Part shown: piece by piece, positions 18,808-28,296 of the stretch
Numbering within the stretch: position 1 is the stretch's first letter
Layout of the letters: each line of letters starts with the position of its first letter
DNA from: a virus
Strand: one strand, 5' to 3'
IMG/VR virus record: IMGVR_UViG_3300001460_000016
Coordinates: 13,116-77,115 of that record
Length of the DNA stretch: 64,000 nucleotides
The notes under the pieces: generated by a model
What the model saw: the letters and a program-made list of their open reading frames with translations, nothing else
What the model was told of the DNA's origin: nothing
Database searches by the model: none
Made by a program: the position numbers and the translations under genes

Positions 18808-19397
18808 TACACTGTTACCTCATAATCTCGGTATTGTAGAGTGAGGCTACAAGTTACTGGAGAAGCTTCGCCGTCGGAAGCATTTAGGTCAAGTTCTCCT
18901 AGACTGCTTGGGTAGAGATCTTTAAATGTTATGGAAGCCTGTGGTAAAGATTTACTGTTCAGTAAGACTAATGTACCATCGACTTGGTAATCTGAAGGAT
19001 CACCGGGTTTAGACAGACCACTGAAAGGATCTTCTGAGTTATATACTCCACTACTTGCAATTTCTGATCTATTTCTTGGTTGTACTTTTTCATCATGGAT
19101 AGTAAAAAATCTCATCCAGTTGTATATCTCCATCCAGTTGCCCATATCTTCATTTACTAAGAATGATAGAGTAAGCGGATCGTAATTTAATTTGGGATCA
19201 GCAAAGTGAAGAGTAGGGTGTTTACTTAAGACTGGGGTATCTATTACACTAATAGATGGAACAGACGCACTCTGACAGAAATATACAACTTCTGGTGCCT
19301 TTGTCATCACGAACCTAAATGAAGTTGTCTGTAATAGATTTTCGTTGTCTGGTTGTCGGTCAAGTGCATACTTAACATACTGGTTATAACTTGGCAT
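18804..19397 (-). CDS. 3: Tail tube terminator / tail completion protein gp3
   Basis: YFCQSASVPSIS, YDPLTLSFLVNEDMGNWMEIYNW, FKDLYPSSLG; lies between gp23 and uvsY. Confidence 0.9.
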   Translation of the reverse strand: MPSYNQYVKYALDRQPDNENLLQTTSFRFVMTKAPEVVYFCQSASVPSISVIDTPVLSKHPTLHFADPKLNYDPLTLSFLVNEDMGNWMEIYNWMRFFTIHDEKVQPRNRSEIASSGVYNSEDPFSGLSKPGDPSDYQVDGTLVLLNSKSLPQASITFKDLYPSSLGELDLNASDGEASPVTCSLTLQYRDYEVTVY

Positions 19398-19412
19398 AGT
19401 GTTTCTCCAATA

Positions 19413-19420
19413 TATTTATA
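19413..19420 (-). promoter_or_regulatory. Late promoter TATAAATA (gp3)
   Basis: Exact T4 late consensus. Confidence 0.85.
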
Positions 19421-19423
19421 TAC

Positions 19424-19458
19424 AAAAAGAAACAGGGGAGACCGAAGTCTCCCCTGTT
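19424..19458 (-). terminator. Rho-independent terminator after gp23
   Basis: AACAGGGGAGAC-TTCG-GTCTCCCCTGTT followed by a U-rich tail; cUUCGg tetraloop. Confidence 0.92.
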
Positions 19459-19494
19459 CCTAGTGTCGGATCAAGTCCGAGTTTTAGTTATCTA

Positions 19495-20940
19495 TCACTG
19501 AGTTGCACCACTACCAGAGTTGATACCGTGAAGGTTATCAATTCTGAAGATACGGTAGTACTGGTTGAGGCGAGCACCGAGGTTCTCACCGTCGGCACCA
19601 CCGGCCGTACCGGGAACGAATGGGTTAGAGACAAGACCGTAACGGGTCTTGAATCCGATCTTGGGCTGGAAGGTATTCTCACCAACCGCACGAACCATCT
19701 GTAGTGGAACGTATGGGCAGTAGAAGAGTCCGGCGTCATACTGACTGGAACCCTTATAACCTACGACGCAGTAGTTGAAGTCGGCGTATGGGTCAATGTA
19801 GACCTTTAGGCGACCGTTGAGTGTACCGACAAAGGTGTTGCCTGTGTCGTCAACTTGGAGACTTCCGCCACCCATTGGGGTTGACTGAAGTGATCCACTG
19901 AGTGCGAGTGCAGCAGCGACATCTGAAGAACAGATGACGATGTTACCCTTACCGCGTCGAGTTTGTCGTGCGACAAGGTTGGCTTCACGTTCGATTTGGA
20001 AGAGCAGACCACGGAAGCGTTCTGCGGACCATCGACCGTCTGAGTCGGAGAGGATATTGTAGACACCACCGATACCGCCGGCGACACCGAAGGATACTCC
20101 AGCAGCGGCCTTACCGTGGAGGTCAAGTTGCTGACAACCAAGTTTGGAAACCTTGAGAATGGTACGAACAACTTCTCGGTTGATTTCCGCGAGGATTTCA
20201 GTTGAGAGGATGTTAGCGAGTTCGGTCTCGGCATCAAGTCCGTGAACAGCACGGAGGTCTTGAGCGAGTTCAGTTGAGTATTCGGCCTTGAGGGCACGAG
20301 TCTTCGCCTGAACTGCGGTTCTCTCGATGGAGAATGCCATTTGCTGGAATGCACTGGCACCAGATCCGTCGAGTGCTTCAGCATTCGGAGTGGTGAGTCC
20401 ACCGCTAACGAACCCGGTGATTGGATCACCCTGTGATGCTCCGGGCGCTGTTCCATCCAAGAAGACACTATCACTTGAGAGTGCTGGATCACCAGTTGTT
20501 AAACCACCAGCGTTTGTGGCGTAACCTGTACGAGCTTCGTCGAAGAGTGCTTCGTCACCACGAGCATCAGCTGCGGAAACGTAGTTGCTCTTCATTGCAA
20601 AGATAAGTCCGGTAGGACCAGTCATTGGCTGGACACCGCAGATATCATAAGCAATTAGGTTTGGCATGGAACGACGAACCAGTGAGATAAGCACTGGGTC
20701 GAAGGACTGAACATTCCCTTGACTGTGTGCGTTGTTACCAATACCATTAACCATACCAAGCTGCATACCGCTGTTTGGAACGGCTTCAGAGAGGTACTGT
20801 TCTTGGTTCTCAAGAAGAACGGCTGTGACATTCTTCTTGTATGAATCGGTAATTGTTGGCAGTTCTGGATGTTCCAGAATTGGTTGCCATTTTGATTTTA
20901 CTTGCTCAGCGAGCGAAGCAGTTTGATCGTAGTTAGACAT
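19495..20940 (-). CDS. 23: Major capsid protein gp23
   Basis: LLENQ, DPVLISLVRR.MPNLIAYDICGVQPM.GPTGLIFAM, RALKAEYS.ELAQDL.AVHGLDAE.EL, FQPKIGFKTRYG. Confidence 0.99.
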   Translation of the reverse strand: MSNYDQTASLAEQVKSKWQPILEHPELPTITDSYKKNVTAVLLENQEQYLSEAVPNSGMQLGMVNGIGNNAHSQGNVQSFDPVLISLVRRSMPNLIAYDICGVQPMTGPTGLIFAMKSNYVSAADARGDEALFDEARTGYATNAGGLTTGDPALSSDSVFLDGTAPGASQGDPITGFVSGGLTTPNAEALDGSGASAFQQMAFSIERTAVQAKTRALKAEYSTELAQDLRAVHGLDAETELANILSTEILAEINREVVRTILKVSKLGCQQLDLHGKAAAGVSFGVAGGIGGVYNILSDSDGRWSAERFRGLLFQIEREANLVARQTRRGKGNIVICSSDVAAALALSGSLQSTPMGGGSLQVDDTGNTFVGTLNGRLKVYIDPYADFNYCVVGYKGSSQYDAGLFYCPYVPLQMVRAVGENTFQPKIGFKTRYGLVSNPFVPGTAGGADGENLGARLNQYYRIFRIDNLHGINSGSGATQ

Positions 20941-20963
20941 CTAAAATCTCCTTTTGATTTAGA

Positions 20964-22100
20964 TTATTTTCTTGTTTGACGTGAAATTGCTTGGGCGTAG
21001 TAACTCATTGGACCAGTTGTTTCCTGAATGGAAGTTGGTTCCTCTGAATCTGATTCTTCTGTGATAAAGGTAACTTCATCCGAAGCGTTTGACTTGGTGA
21101 AGTAACCTTCTTTAAGAACTGCGAGTTTATCTGCGAATTGTTCGGCGTTATCAAAGTCAATGCCTTCTGCGAGTGAACGAAGTTTTTCGACATCAGTGTC
21201 TACTAGATCTTCGGTCATTTCGGTAAAGACACCTTCGACGTGAAGGCCTTCCATTTCGTTTCTCATTTCCATGTTTCGTTCAATCTCTTCGTTGAGTTTG
21301 GCGGTGAGGTCTTCGAGTTCCTCGGCCATACCTTCAACGACATCGAATTTCTCTTCAGGAATATCAATGTAGTGATTGGCGAATACACCGCGAAGATCTT
21401 CCATGAATGACTCAGCGACTTCAGCACGAATGCCTCGTTCGACTGCGAGTTCATTATCCTTCATCCAGTTCTCAACGACATATCCTAGATAGTCATCAAG
21501 TTCTTTAGTAAGGTTTTCTTCAATCTCTGCGGCTGTTTCCATAAGTCGTTCGTTGTAGTTCTCTTCGAGAGCTTCAGCGTATGTTCCTAATGAATCATTA
21601 ATAGCAGCTTCGAAGATTACAGTTGCCTTCTCCTTGAAGTCTTCTGTTAGTTCTTCGCCTGCGAAAAGAGCATCCATGTGTTCTTTCATATGAGGCTTCT
21701 CGATTTTGGGAGAAGCAGCAGATGATTTAGCACTGATTGATTTCTTGTTTGTTTTATCTTTGCCCTCAGTTCCGGCCTCAGTACCAATGACTGGACCCTT
21801 ACCTGTGGCATCGAATGCGGACTTACCGGTGGCGTCTTTCTCGACAGCGGCGCCTTTTTCTCCGGCCATTGATGGTTTCTTAGGCTTCATTTCGGGTGAC
21901 TCCTCTTCTAAGTTGTCTTGATCCTCTTCGTCCTCGTCGAATTCCTCATAATCATTATCTTCGAGAGTGATAAATTCATCATTCTCGTCTTCTTCGATCG
22001 CAAGGCCTTCGACCAGTTCCGAAGCTTCGTCTTCTTTACGGTGTTTCTCGGCAAGAATGTTTCTTGCTGCCTCGATTGGGCTTAGGCTATCTGAACTCAT
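20964..22100 (-). CDS. 22: Prohead core scaffold gp22
   Basis: Acidic; LTEDFKEKATVIFEAA, DYLGYVVENWM.DN.LAVE.G; between gp21 and gp23. Confidence 0.95.
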   Translation of the reverse strand: MSSDSLSPIEAARNILAEKHRKEDEASELVEGLAIEEDENDEFITLEDNDYEEFDEDEEDQDNLEEESPEMKPKKPSMAGEKGAAVEKDATGKSAFDATGKGPVIGTEAGTEGKDKTNKKSISAKSSAASPKIEKPHMKEHMDALFAGEELTEDFKEKATVIFEAAINDSLGTYAEALEENYNERLMETAAEIEENLTKELDDYLGYVVENWMKDNELAVERGIRAEVAESFMEDLRGVFANHYIDIPEEKFDVVEGMAEELEDLTAKLNEEIERNMEMRNEMEGLHVEGVFTEMTEDLVDTDVEKLRSLAEGIDFDNAEQFADKLAVLKEGYFTKSNASDEVTFITEESDSEEPTSIQETTGPMSYYAQAISRQTRK

Positions 22101-22133
22101 TTAAGGACTCCTTTTGTTACCTTACAGTAGTAG

Positions 22134-22141
22134 TATTTAGT
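22134..22141 (-). promoter_or_regulatory. Late promoter ACTAAATA (gp22-23)
   Basis: Intergenic xxTAAATA. Confidence 0.7.
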
Positions 22142-22145
22142 AAAA

Positions 22146-22790
22146 TCATAATTTTGAAAGGAAATCTCGGAACATAATAAGTTTCTGTTCTTCGAGATTC
22201 TTTCGTTCAGCTTTGGTTATTGTTTTTCTATAGGTTTCGATTTCTCGTTCTTTGAGCATACCGTTATTCCATACCCATTCCTTACCTTCCATGATACCGT
22301 TTACAAAGGCATCAGGGGCAGATGGATCTGCAACAACGTCAACTGCGGTTAACATGAAGTCTTCCTTAACCATCTTGACTCCATTTTTCTCTTCAAGTGT
22401 TCCCATACCTCTTGTGGATACGCCAAGTTTTACCCCATCATCGATGAGACTCTTGACGATTTTTCCATAGGGTGTGTCGAGAATTTTTGCTTTACCCATT
22501 ACGTTGTCACCGTCGAAAGTCATTTCAACGATATTGTGACATACACGTTCGAGGTTTAGTGATGGTCCGTCTGGGTGTCCCAGTTCTCCCATTGCTCTAC
22601 TCTTTTGAACGTATTCTTTGTTGTAACGGTCAGCTTCGTTGAAGAGAATTTTTCTCTCATACATTCTACCGTTACGGTTTACTTTCTCTGACTGCATAAA
22701 GATACCTTCGATGAAATAATTCTTCTTTCCATCTTCGGTGGCTTCAGTGAGACATTGAATGTCATCGGTTTGTTCTGTTATTAGAAGCAT
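22146..22790 (-). CDS. 21: Prohead protease gp21
   Basis: IEGIFMQ, NRNGRMY, GELGHP, LGVSTRGMG, DVVADPSAPDAFV. Confidence 0.97.
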   Translation of the reverse strand: MLLITEQTDDIQCLTEATEDGKKNYFIEGIFMQSEKVNRNGRMYERKILFNEADRYNKEYVQKSRAMGELGHPDGPSLNLERVCHNIVEMTFDGDNVMGKAKILDTPYGKIVKSLIDDGVKLGVSTRGMGTLEEKNGVKMVKEDFMLTAVDVVADPSAPDAFVNGIMEGKEWVWNNGMLKEREIETYRKTITKAERKNLEEQKLIMFRDFLSKL

Positions 22791-22813
22791 AGTTCTTCTT
22801 TCTTGATGTTATG

Positions 22814-23227
22814 TCAGCGGGACTTCATCTTGTTAGCGATTGTTTTTCTTCGGTTCTTAAGATAACTGTCTGATGAATCTACATCACCGTCGTTGTCAAC
22901 ATCTTTGTCTTCTTTGCCAACTGCATCTAGACCTTCTTTAACTTTCTTTTTTGTCTTTACTTCCTCGTCTTCGTCTTCGTCCTCTTCCTCGTCTTCTTCT
23001 TCGTCTTTGTCTGCAAAGGACTGACCGGTTTCATCGGTCTCAAGTTCCTTTTCAAGATCTTCTTCTTTATCTTTCTTTTTCTCATCGAGAATAGCAGAAG
23101 CAATTTCTTCTCTTGCAATCTCAAGTCGATCGGCAAGTTTACTCATGAGAGTATCCTCGATAGCTTGCTTTACTTCTGATGGGTTTTCTTCGATTAACCC
23201 TTCAATAATTTTGTTAACGTGTGACAT
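22814..23227 (-). CDS. Prohead core protein (gp67/gp68 position)
   Basis: Acidic 137-aa protein immediately upstream of gp21; AAGGAG RBS; late promoter. Confidence 0.7.
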   Translation of the reverse strand: MSHVNKIIEGLIEENPSEVKQAIEDTLMSKLADRLEIAREEIASAILDEKKKDKEEDLEKELETDETGQSFADKDEEEDEEEDEDEDEEVKTKKKVKEGLDAVGKEDKDVDNDGDVDSSDSYLKNRRKTIANKMKSR

Positions 23228-23252
23228 TTTAAGTCTCCTTAGAGTTCTTGTA

Positions 23253-23260
23253 TATTTATA
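23253..23260 (-). promoter_or_regulatory. Late promoter TATAAATA
   Basis: Exact consensus, intergenic. Confidence 0.85.
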
Positions 23261-23271
23261 AAAACGTGTTT

Positions 23272-24639
23272 TTATCCAGCAGATGGTGGATATAATGTAC
23301 CGCCGAAGTCTGTTTGGTAATCTTCTGGTAATCCTCCATCAGATTCTTGTCCACAAGAAGAAGATGTTCTTGTTTGACAATCAGTAGCAGGTGAATATTT
23401 GGGCCCGCCGAATGGAAGTCCTATAGGTACGGGTGTTGGTATGTTATATTTACCACCAAATCCTTCGTCTCGCAATTCTATTTTACTCCAAGAATAAGTT
23501 ATGCGTGGAACTTTAATACACTCGGAAAAATGTGTACCTTGTGGGCATGTTAAAATACCATAACACGCATATTGATAATAGGTTGTGCTTCCACTTTGAC
23601 ATCCGTTTGTGGTAGTCTCCGGTAAAAGATCTTCCAACGGTTCGCAAATAAATCCTTCTCCATAACCACATCCAAGTAAACATGGTATTCCACCGTATGA
23701 AATTGAAGAAGCTTGGTCTTGCGGACATGAATCAAATGCTCCGGGAACCTCGGGATCCTCTGATGTAATATTTTCAGTATGTTGTAGTCCAGAACCTAAA
23801 TTTCCGGGAATGAACGAACTTGTTTCAAAATCTAGGAAAGCTGTTGTACCATCACTTGCTGTAAATTTCATTCGTCCATCATCTTCAAGTCCGTCACTTG
23901 GTGACCAACATGCTCTTACAGTTTTAGTTTCACATGTTTTAAATTCCACACTAGGTTCTCTTCTAGGTATTGAACATGGACAGTAACAATATTCATTTGG
24001 ATTGTAATCATTATCACAATCACAATCACATGTCGGACAAGTACAACCATTAAATCCTGCACACGAATCTGGAAGTTGAGATTCTGGCGGAGCACATTGC
24101 CTTACAATAAAACCTGACTTATATGAAGTAATTTCTATGCAGTGTTCTACATTTCCGCAAAAGCAACACTCTTCACTACAAGAATCTCCAAGCCGACCAT
24201 AACGAGTTATGTTTGACGGACAAGTATCTTCTTCTTCTTCTTGTTCACCCTCATCTTCAAATCCCGGTATTGGAATAACAGGAGGTCTAGGAATTGGTGG
24301 TAGGGGAGGTGGGATAATTGGCGGCGGAAGAAAAATGGGAGTTCTTACCGGAGGTGAATTAATAGTAATAGGACCGGAATCAATGTCACATAAATCCTGA
24401 CCACAACATTGGTCTATACCTCTACCATCTAAACATGGAGTACACGGTTCTGGCATAAAATATTTACTATTATAGTCATCATAGAAGTAATGGTTTTTCT
24501 TATCTCTAATAGTTAAATCTAAAACTATTTCATCTCTTCTACGAGAAAGACTTAACGAATTTCCGCCCGTTAGAAGAACACTTTCAGTTGGTTTTATAAT
24601 CTTTATATAACCAGTTATTTTTTGATTACTACCTTCCAT
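23272..24639 (-). CDS. Cys-rich, Pro-rich hypothetical protein
   Basis: 455-aa ORF, about 33 Cys by hand count, polyproline stretch followed by an acidic run. Confidence 0.75.
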   Translation of the reverse strand: MEGSNQKITGYIKIIKPTESVLLTGGNSLSLSRRRDEIVLDLTIRDKKNHYFYDDYNSKYFMPEPCTPCLDGRGIDQCCGQDLCDIDSGPITINSPPVRTPIFLPPPIIPPPLPPIPRPPVIPIPGFEDEGEQEEEEDTCPSNITRYGRLGDSCSEECCFCGNVEHCIEITSYKSGFIVRQCAPPESQLPDSCAGFNGCTCPTCDCDCDNDYNPNEYCYCPCSIPRREPSVEFKTCETKTVRACWSPSDGLEDDGRMKFTASDGTTAFLDFETSSFIPGNLGSGLQHTENITSEDPEVPGAFDSCPQDQASSISYGGIPCLLGCGYGEGFICEPLEDLLPETTTNGCQSGSTTYYQYACYGILTCPQGTHFSECIKVPRITYSWSKIELRDEGFGGKYNIPTPVPIGLPFGGPKYSPATDCQTRTSSSCGQESDGGLPEDYQTDFGGTLYPPSAG

Positions 24640-24644
24640 AATTA

Positions 24645-25562
24645 TTATCCAATACTTATCGGGTTGGTTTGACCGGTTATATCACATGGATCAGCAAAAA
24701 TTGTTACGTTTATTCTACCCTTTGGTAATTCAAACATTGATTCGTCTATTTCATATCTTTTATTGGTTTCTAAGTAAGAAGTTTGTTGTTCAATATATCT
24801 AGAAAGAATAAGAGAATTCATTTTAGGAATTTGAACAAACCAACCCCCATCATTGACAATTGCACTATAGTCCATTGTGTTTAGTCCATGTCGTATTTCT
24901 AGATAATATCTAGATCCAGATAACCACCACTGACCCTTATATCCAAATCTGGCGATATTTAAACCTTCATCGTTTCGCTGATCTGGTACAATTAAAGGTT
25001 GAAATATTGTGGCAGATGGACAAGAACCAGAATTATCCATACCTCTCGACCAGTGAACATCAATTATTGCATCATATGTTGGATTGAAGTCTGTAGTTTG
25101 TGTAAGAGAAAACGATATAGCAGAAACTACTTGGACATTATTACCAGTTCCACTGGCAGAATATTTTTTTGTTCCAAAATCTGTATTAAGAATATTAGTA
25201 CCATTAATATAATCACCGTTCGGATCTCTATTTAAAAATTGATCATCATGTAAAACTGGTGATCTAAATTGATTAAAGAATTTTTGTTTCCCTACAGGTG
25301 TGTTGCATTCCTGAATGGGAATTTGTAATCCGCTGAGGTCAATAGAGAAAAAAGGTCTTCTAGATGGATCTTGTTTAAATCCAGAAAGACATTGATTGGT
25401 TCCCATACCAACACTAATAGCTCCACTGGGAACTGCTGGATTTGATGTTTCCGGTAAAAATTCATCATCAATTTTATTTACAGAAACTCTGTACAAATTG
25501 ATAAAACTACCACCAAAATTTGCTACTTTAAATCCAGTGGTGCTTAGTACCCTCAGTGGCAT
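24645..25562 (-). CDS. Hypothetical protein
   Basis: 305-aa ORF with GGAGG RBS. Confidence 0.75.
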   Translation of the reverse strand: MPLRVLSTTGFKVANFGGSFINLYRVSVNKIDDEFLPETSNPAVPSGAISVGMGTNQCLSGFKQDPSRRPFFSIDLSGLQIPIQECNTPVGKQKFFNQFRSPVLHDDQFLNRDPNGDYINGTNILNTDFGTKKYSASGTGNNVQVVSAISFSLTQTTDFNPTYDAIIDVHWSRGMDNSGSCPSATIFQPLIVPDQRNDEGLNIARFGYKGQWWLSGSRYYLEIRHGLNTMDYSAIVNDGGWFVQIPKMNSLILSRYIEQQTSYLETNKRYEIDESMFELPKGRINVTIFADPCDITGQTNPISIG

Positions 25563-25565
25563 AAA

Positions 25566-26069
25566 TTAACCTCCGAAATTTGGATCTGTTATGGTGGGAG
25601 ATATAATGAATTTACCGGATATTAGTTTTTCTGCGAGAGCATCACCCGTGGTTCCACTTGATATTCCTCGATCATCGTATAGAAAAAGATCAAACATTGA
25701 TGATCCAGATGCAAGTTGTGTGGATATTTCTTTAGAAAAAGATAGTGAAATTTGACCGGTTACTCCACTACTAGTGGCACCTTCTCCTGTATCACTATAG
25801 ACGTACTCACCGTTTAAAGAAATATGTCCGGCGGTGGCACCCTTATTTGGTGATATAGATCCTGTTACACCATATGTGTTTGTAGTTGAAAATCGTAACT
25901 TTAGTGTATCATTGTTAGTATCGAGTTCGTATCTTTGTCCTCTAACATCCATCCTTGCCCAATAACCATAACTAAGATCAATAGGAACACCTGAATCATC
26001 ATAATAGTTTATGTTGAGGACAAAGTTGGTTCCCTGTTCGTGTGAAATGTCGTAATTTGCTGAAGCCAT
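25566..26069 (-). CDS. Probable virion accessory beta-sandwich protein
   Basis: YDISHEQGTNF...PIDLS.Y.ARMDVR...GQISLS...FDL...KLISGKFIISP.IT, a pattern typical of small phage adaptor domains; CAGGAG RBS. Confidence 0.7.
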   Translation of the reverse strand: MASANYDISHEQGTNFVLNINYYDDSGVPIDLSYGYWARMDVRGQRYELDTNNDTLKLRFSTTNTYGVTGSISPNKGATAGHISLNGEYVYSDTGEGATSSGVTGQISLSFSKEISTQLASGSSMFDLFLYDDRGISSGTTGDALAEKLISGKFIISPTITDPNFGG

Positions 26070-26072
26070 TTA

Positions 26073-27635
26073 CTACTCCTGATTGTCTTGATCTGCATTA
26101 ATATCTATGTCGCCACTTTTCTCTTCTGCTCGAATTTGTGTTTCCATATCTTTAATTTCTTCTTCGGTCTGACGAAGAACATTCTTGCGAACAAAATCTC
26201 TTGAATAGTAAGTACCAATAAACTCTTCCATTTGTTGTAGGATCTCAAGTCGTTCTTTCATCATTTCAGCATTTTTCAATTCTGTGAAGTAAGAATCACG
26301 GATATAATCGAAACGAATATCCTGTTCTAGAGCCCTCCACTCTTCTTCTCGCATAATACCCTTGAGAATAACTTGAGTCTTAAGAAGATTAATAAACAGT
26401 TGAGAGAAAGCAGAACGTAACTTGTCTACGAATTTGGAGAACTTAAGTTCATCTCTTGTGATCTCTGATGCTCTGCCCATATTAAAACCACTGTCCGGTT
26501 CAAGTCGAGTAACAGGAACATTGAGGGCTCTGTAGAGTTTCTTCTTGAAGTATTCTACATCTTCCATCTCGCCTAGATTCTGACCACCGTCCAATGTACT
26601 TATCTCGGTTCCTCTACCACCTTCTCGTCGAGGCAACCAGAAGTCTTCAAGCATTGTCATGTGCTTCTTGTCATCTTTGAGTTCACCTGTAGACGCATCA
26701 TAAACTAATTTGTTTCTATACTTGTTCATAATCTCTCGAAGATACTGTTCTGCTTTGGTCTTCGGTAATGAACCAACGTCAATATAAAAGATTCTTCGTT
26801 CGGGAGCTCTAGAGATACGGTAGATTACTACAGCATCTTCGATCATCCTAAGTTGGTTGAGTGGTTTGATTGCCTTCTGAAGATAACCAGTTACTCGTTT
26901 GTTTTCGAAGTCATACATTCCAGATGGAACATAACATATTGCTTCCTTTGCAATCTTAATACCATCAATACCTTGGTTATTTACCACAGACATACCGCCG
27001 CCACCGTAACGATCCATGTATGCTTTATCATAATAAATGTAAAAGTCCTCGACTTTAGTTACGATAGGAACCTGCGTCGATGGGTCTTTTACCTTATCAA
27101 TTTTCTTAATCTTTTTAATCTTTACCGCATCAACTGCACGAAGTTCCTTGATACCCTTTTTGGTAGCAGCAGGATCTACGATGATGTGATAATACAATCG
27201 ACCATCGATATACCATCGCCTGAAGATTTCATAACCCTTGTTTGCAAAATTCAGTAACCGAAGAACCGTATTAAACTCTTCGGTCACTTTATCCTTGATT
27301 GTATCTGTTAGATTAGACTGATCAAGTCTAAGTTTTACGGCGGGATAATCCAACTCATAAACGATAGCTTCGTTTAGAATATCTTCCATTGCCATTTCAA
27401 TTTCAGCATGAGCTGTCATTGAACGATACTTAATTATCATCTCAGCATCATTACGAACTGCACCATCTAGATCTAGATACTGTCCGTAATGTCCACCGCC
27501 ACCAACAACAGTAGACCCATCATCGACCTCTGGTGGGACAAATGATGGGTTTACTAGTGTACCATCGGGTTGGATGATGGAACTATCTAAATCTTTATTG
27601 TTTTTCCCGAATGAGAAACCAAATAGGTTCGGCAT
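26073..27635 (-). CDS. 20: Portal protein gp20
   Basis: FRRWYIDGR, KAIKPLNQLRMIEDAVVIYRISRAPERRIFYIDVG, EDFWLPRREGGRGTEI. Confidence 0.99.
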   Translation of the reverse strand: MPNLFGFSFGKNNKDLDSSIIQPDGTLVNPSFVPPEVDDGSTVVGGGGHYGQYLDLDGAVRNDAEMIIKYRSMTAHAEIEMAMEDILNEAIVYELDYPAVKLRLDQSNLTDTIKDKVTEEFNTVLRLLNFANKGYEIFRRWYIDGRLYYHIIVDPAATKKGIKELRAVDAVKIKKIKKIDKVKDPSTQVPIVTKVEDFYIYYDKAYMDRYGGGGMSVVNNQGIDGIKIAKEAICYVPSGMYDFENKRVTGYLQKAIKPLNQLRMIEDAVVIYRISRAPERRIFYIDVGSLPKTKAEQYLREIMNKYRNKLVYDASTGELKDDKKHMTMLEDFWLPRREGGRGTEISTLDGGQNLGEMEDVEYFKKKLYRALNVPVTRLEPDSGFNMGRASEITRDELKFSKFVDKLRSAFSQLFINLLKTQVILKGIMREEEWRALEQDIRFDYIRDSYFTELKNAEMMKERLEILQQMEEFIGTYYSRDFVRKNVLRQTEEEIKDMETQIRAEEKSGDIDINADQDNQE

Positions 27636-27660
27636 ATCACTTCCTTCATGTTAAAATATA

Positions 27661-28248
27661 TCAAAGACCGGCGTTGTTGACATCAATGTTGGGACCATCA
27701 GTAAACGGTTGATGTGTCCAGTACTGGTACTGCCAAGTAACGGAGAACTCTGATAAGGCACCTTCTGCATCATTGGAGAGATCGATTGCACTGATGTCTG
27801 ATGGCCAACAGTCTTGGAGTACCCAAGGTTGTCCGATGATTTCTCCTGCCATATTCAGTTGACGAATTTCAACAATACCAAACAGTGTGCTTGGATCTTG
27901 TTGACCTACGTTTGAAGCAAACCCCTTCATGGAGTTTGCCCATTGTTCAAAGAATCCACGAATCTGCATCTCTTGATCGTTATAAACGGTCATTGTCCAT
28001 GGTTCGAATGTTCTCTCACCAATTGTCTTGAATCGGGTTCCACGGAATGGAACTTCGATTGGTGCAATAGTAGAGGCTGGGATTTGACCAGCTCTCACAA
28101 GAACAGAAAGGTTCTGTCCGTTGTCACCGAACGGCAGGGCAGGAACATTAATTCCTGAAGCCGTTCTGTTAACGGTGATTTGGAAGAGATTACTTCTTAC
28201 ACCACCCTTAAGAACTTGTTTAATCTGATCGACTTTTAATGAGGGCAT
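27661..28248 (-). CDS. 19: Tail tube protein gp19
   Basis: GGVRSNLF, IPAST...VPFRG...GERTFEPWT.TVYND, WPSDISAIDL, EFSVTWQYQYW. Confidence 0.96.
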   Translation of the reverse strand: MPSLKVDQIKQVLKGGVRSNLFQITVNRTASGINVPALPFGDNGQNLSVLVRAGQIPASTIAPIEVPFRGTRFKTIGERTFEPWTMTVYNDQEMQIRGFFEQWANSMKGFASNVGQQDPSTLFGIVEIRQLNMAGEIIGQPWVLQDCWPSDISAIDLSNDAEGALSEFSVTWQYQYWTHQPFTDGPNIDVNNAGL

Positions 28249-28274
28249 TTGGGACTCCTAGTTTCTTTCTACTC

Positions 28275-28282
28275 TATTTATA
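28275..28282 (-). promoter_or_regulatory. Late promoter TATAAATA (gp19)
   Basis: Exact consensus. Confidence 0.85.
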
Positions 28283-28296
28283 CGAGATTTTTAAAA

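Noticed and set aside
19399-19494. Absence of a gp24 vertex gene after gp23
   Set aside because: Common among cyanophage-like T4 relatives, and the gene could lie outside the window
22960-23010. TCTTCG/TCCTCG-like tandem repeats
   Set aside because: They simply encode the Glu/Asp tract of the prohead core protein; not a CRISPR array or DNA-level repeat
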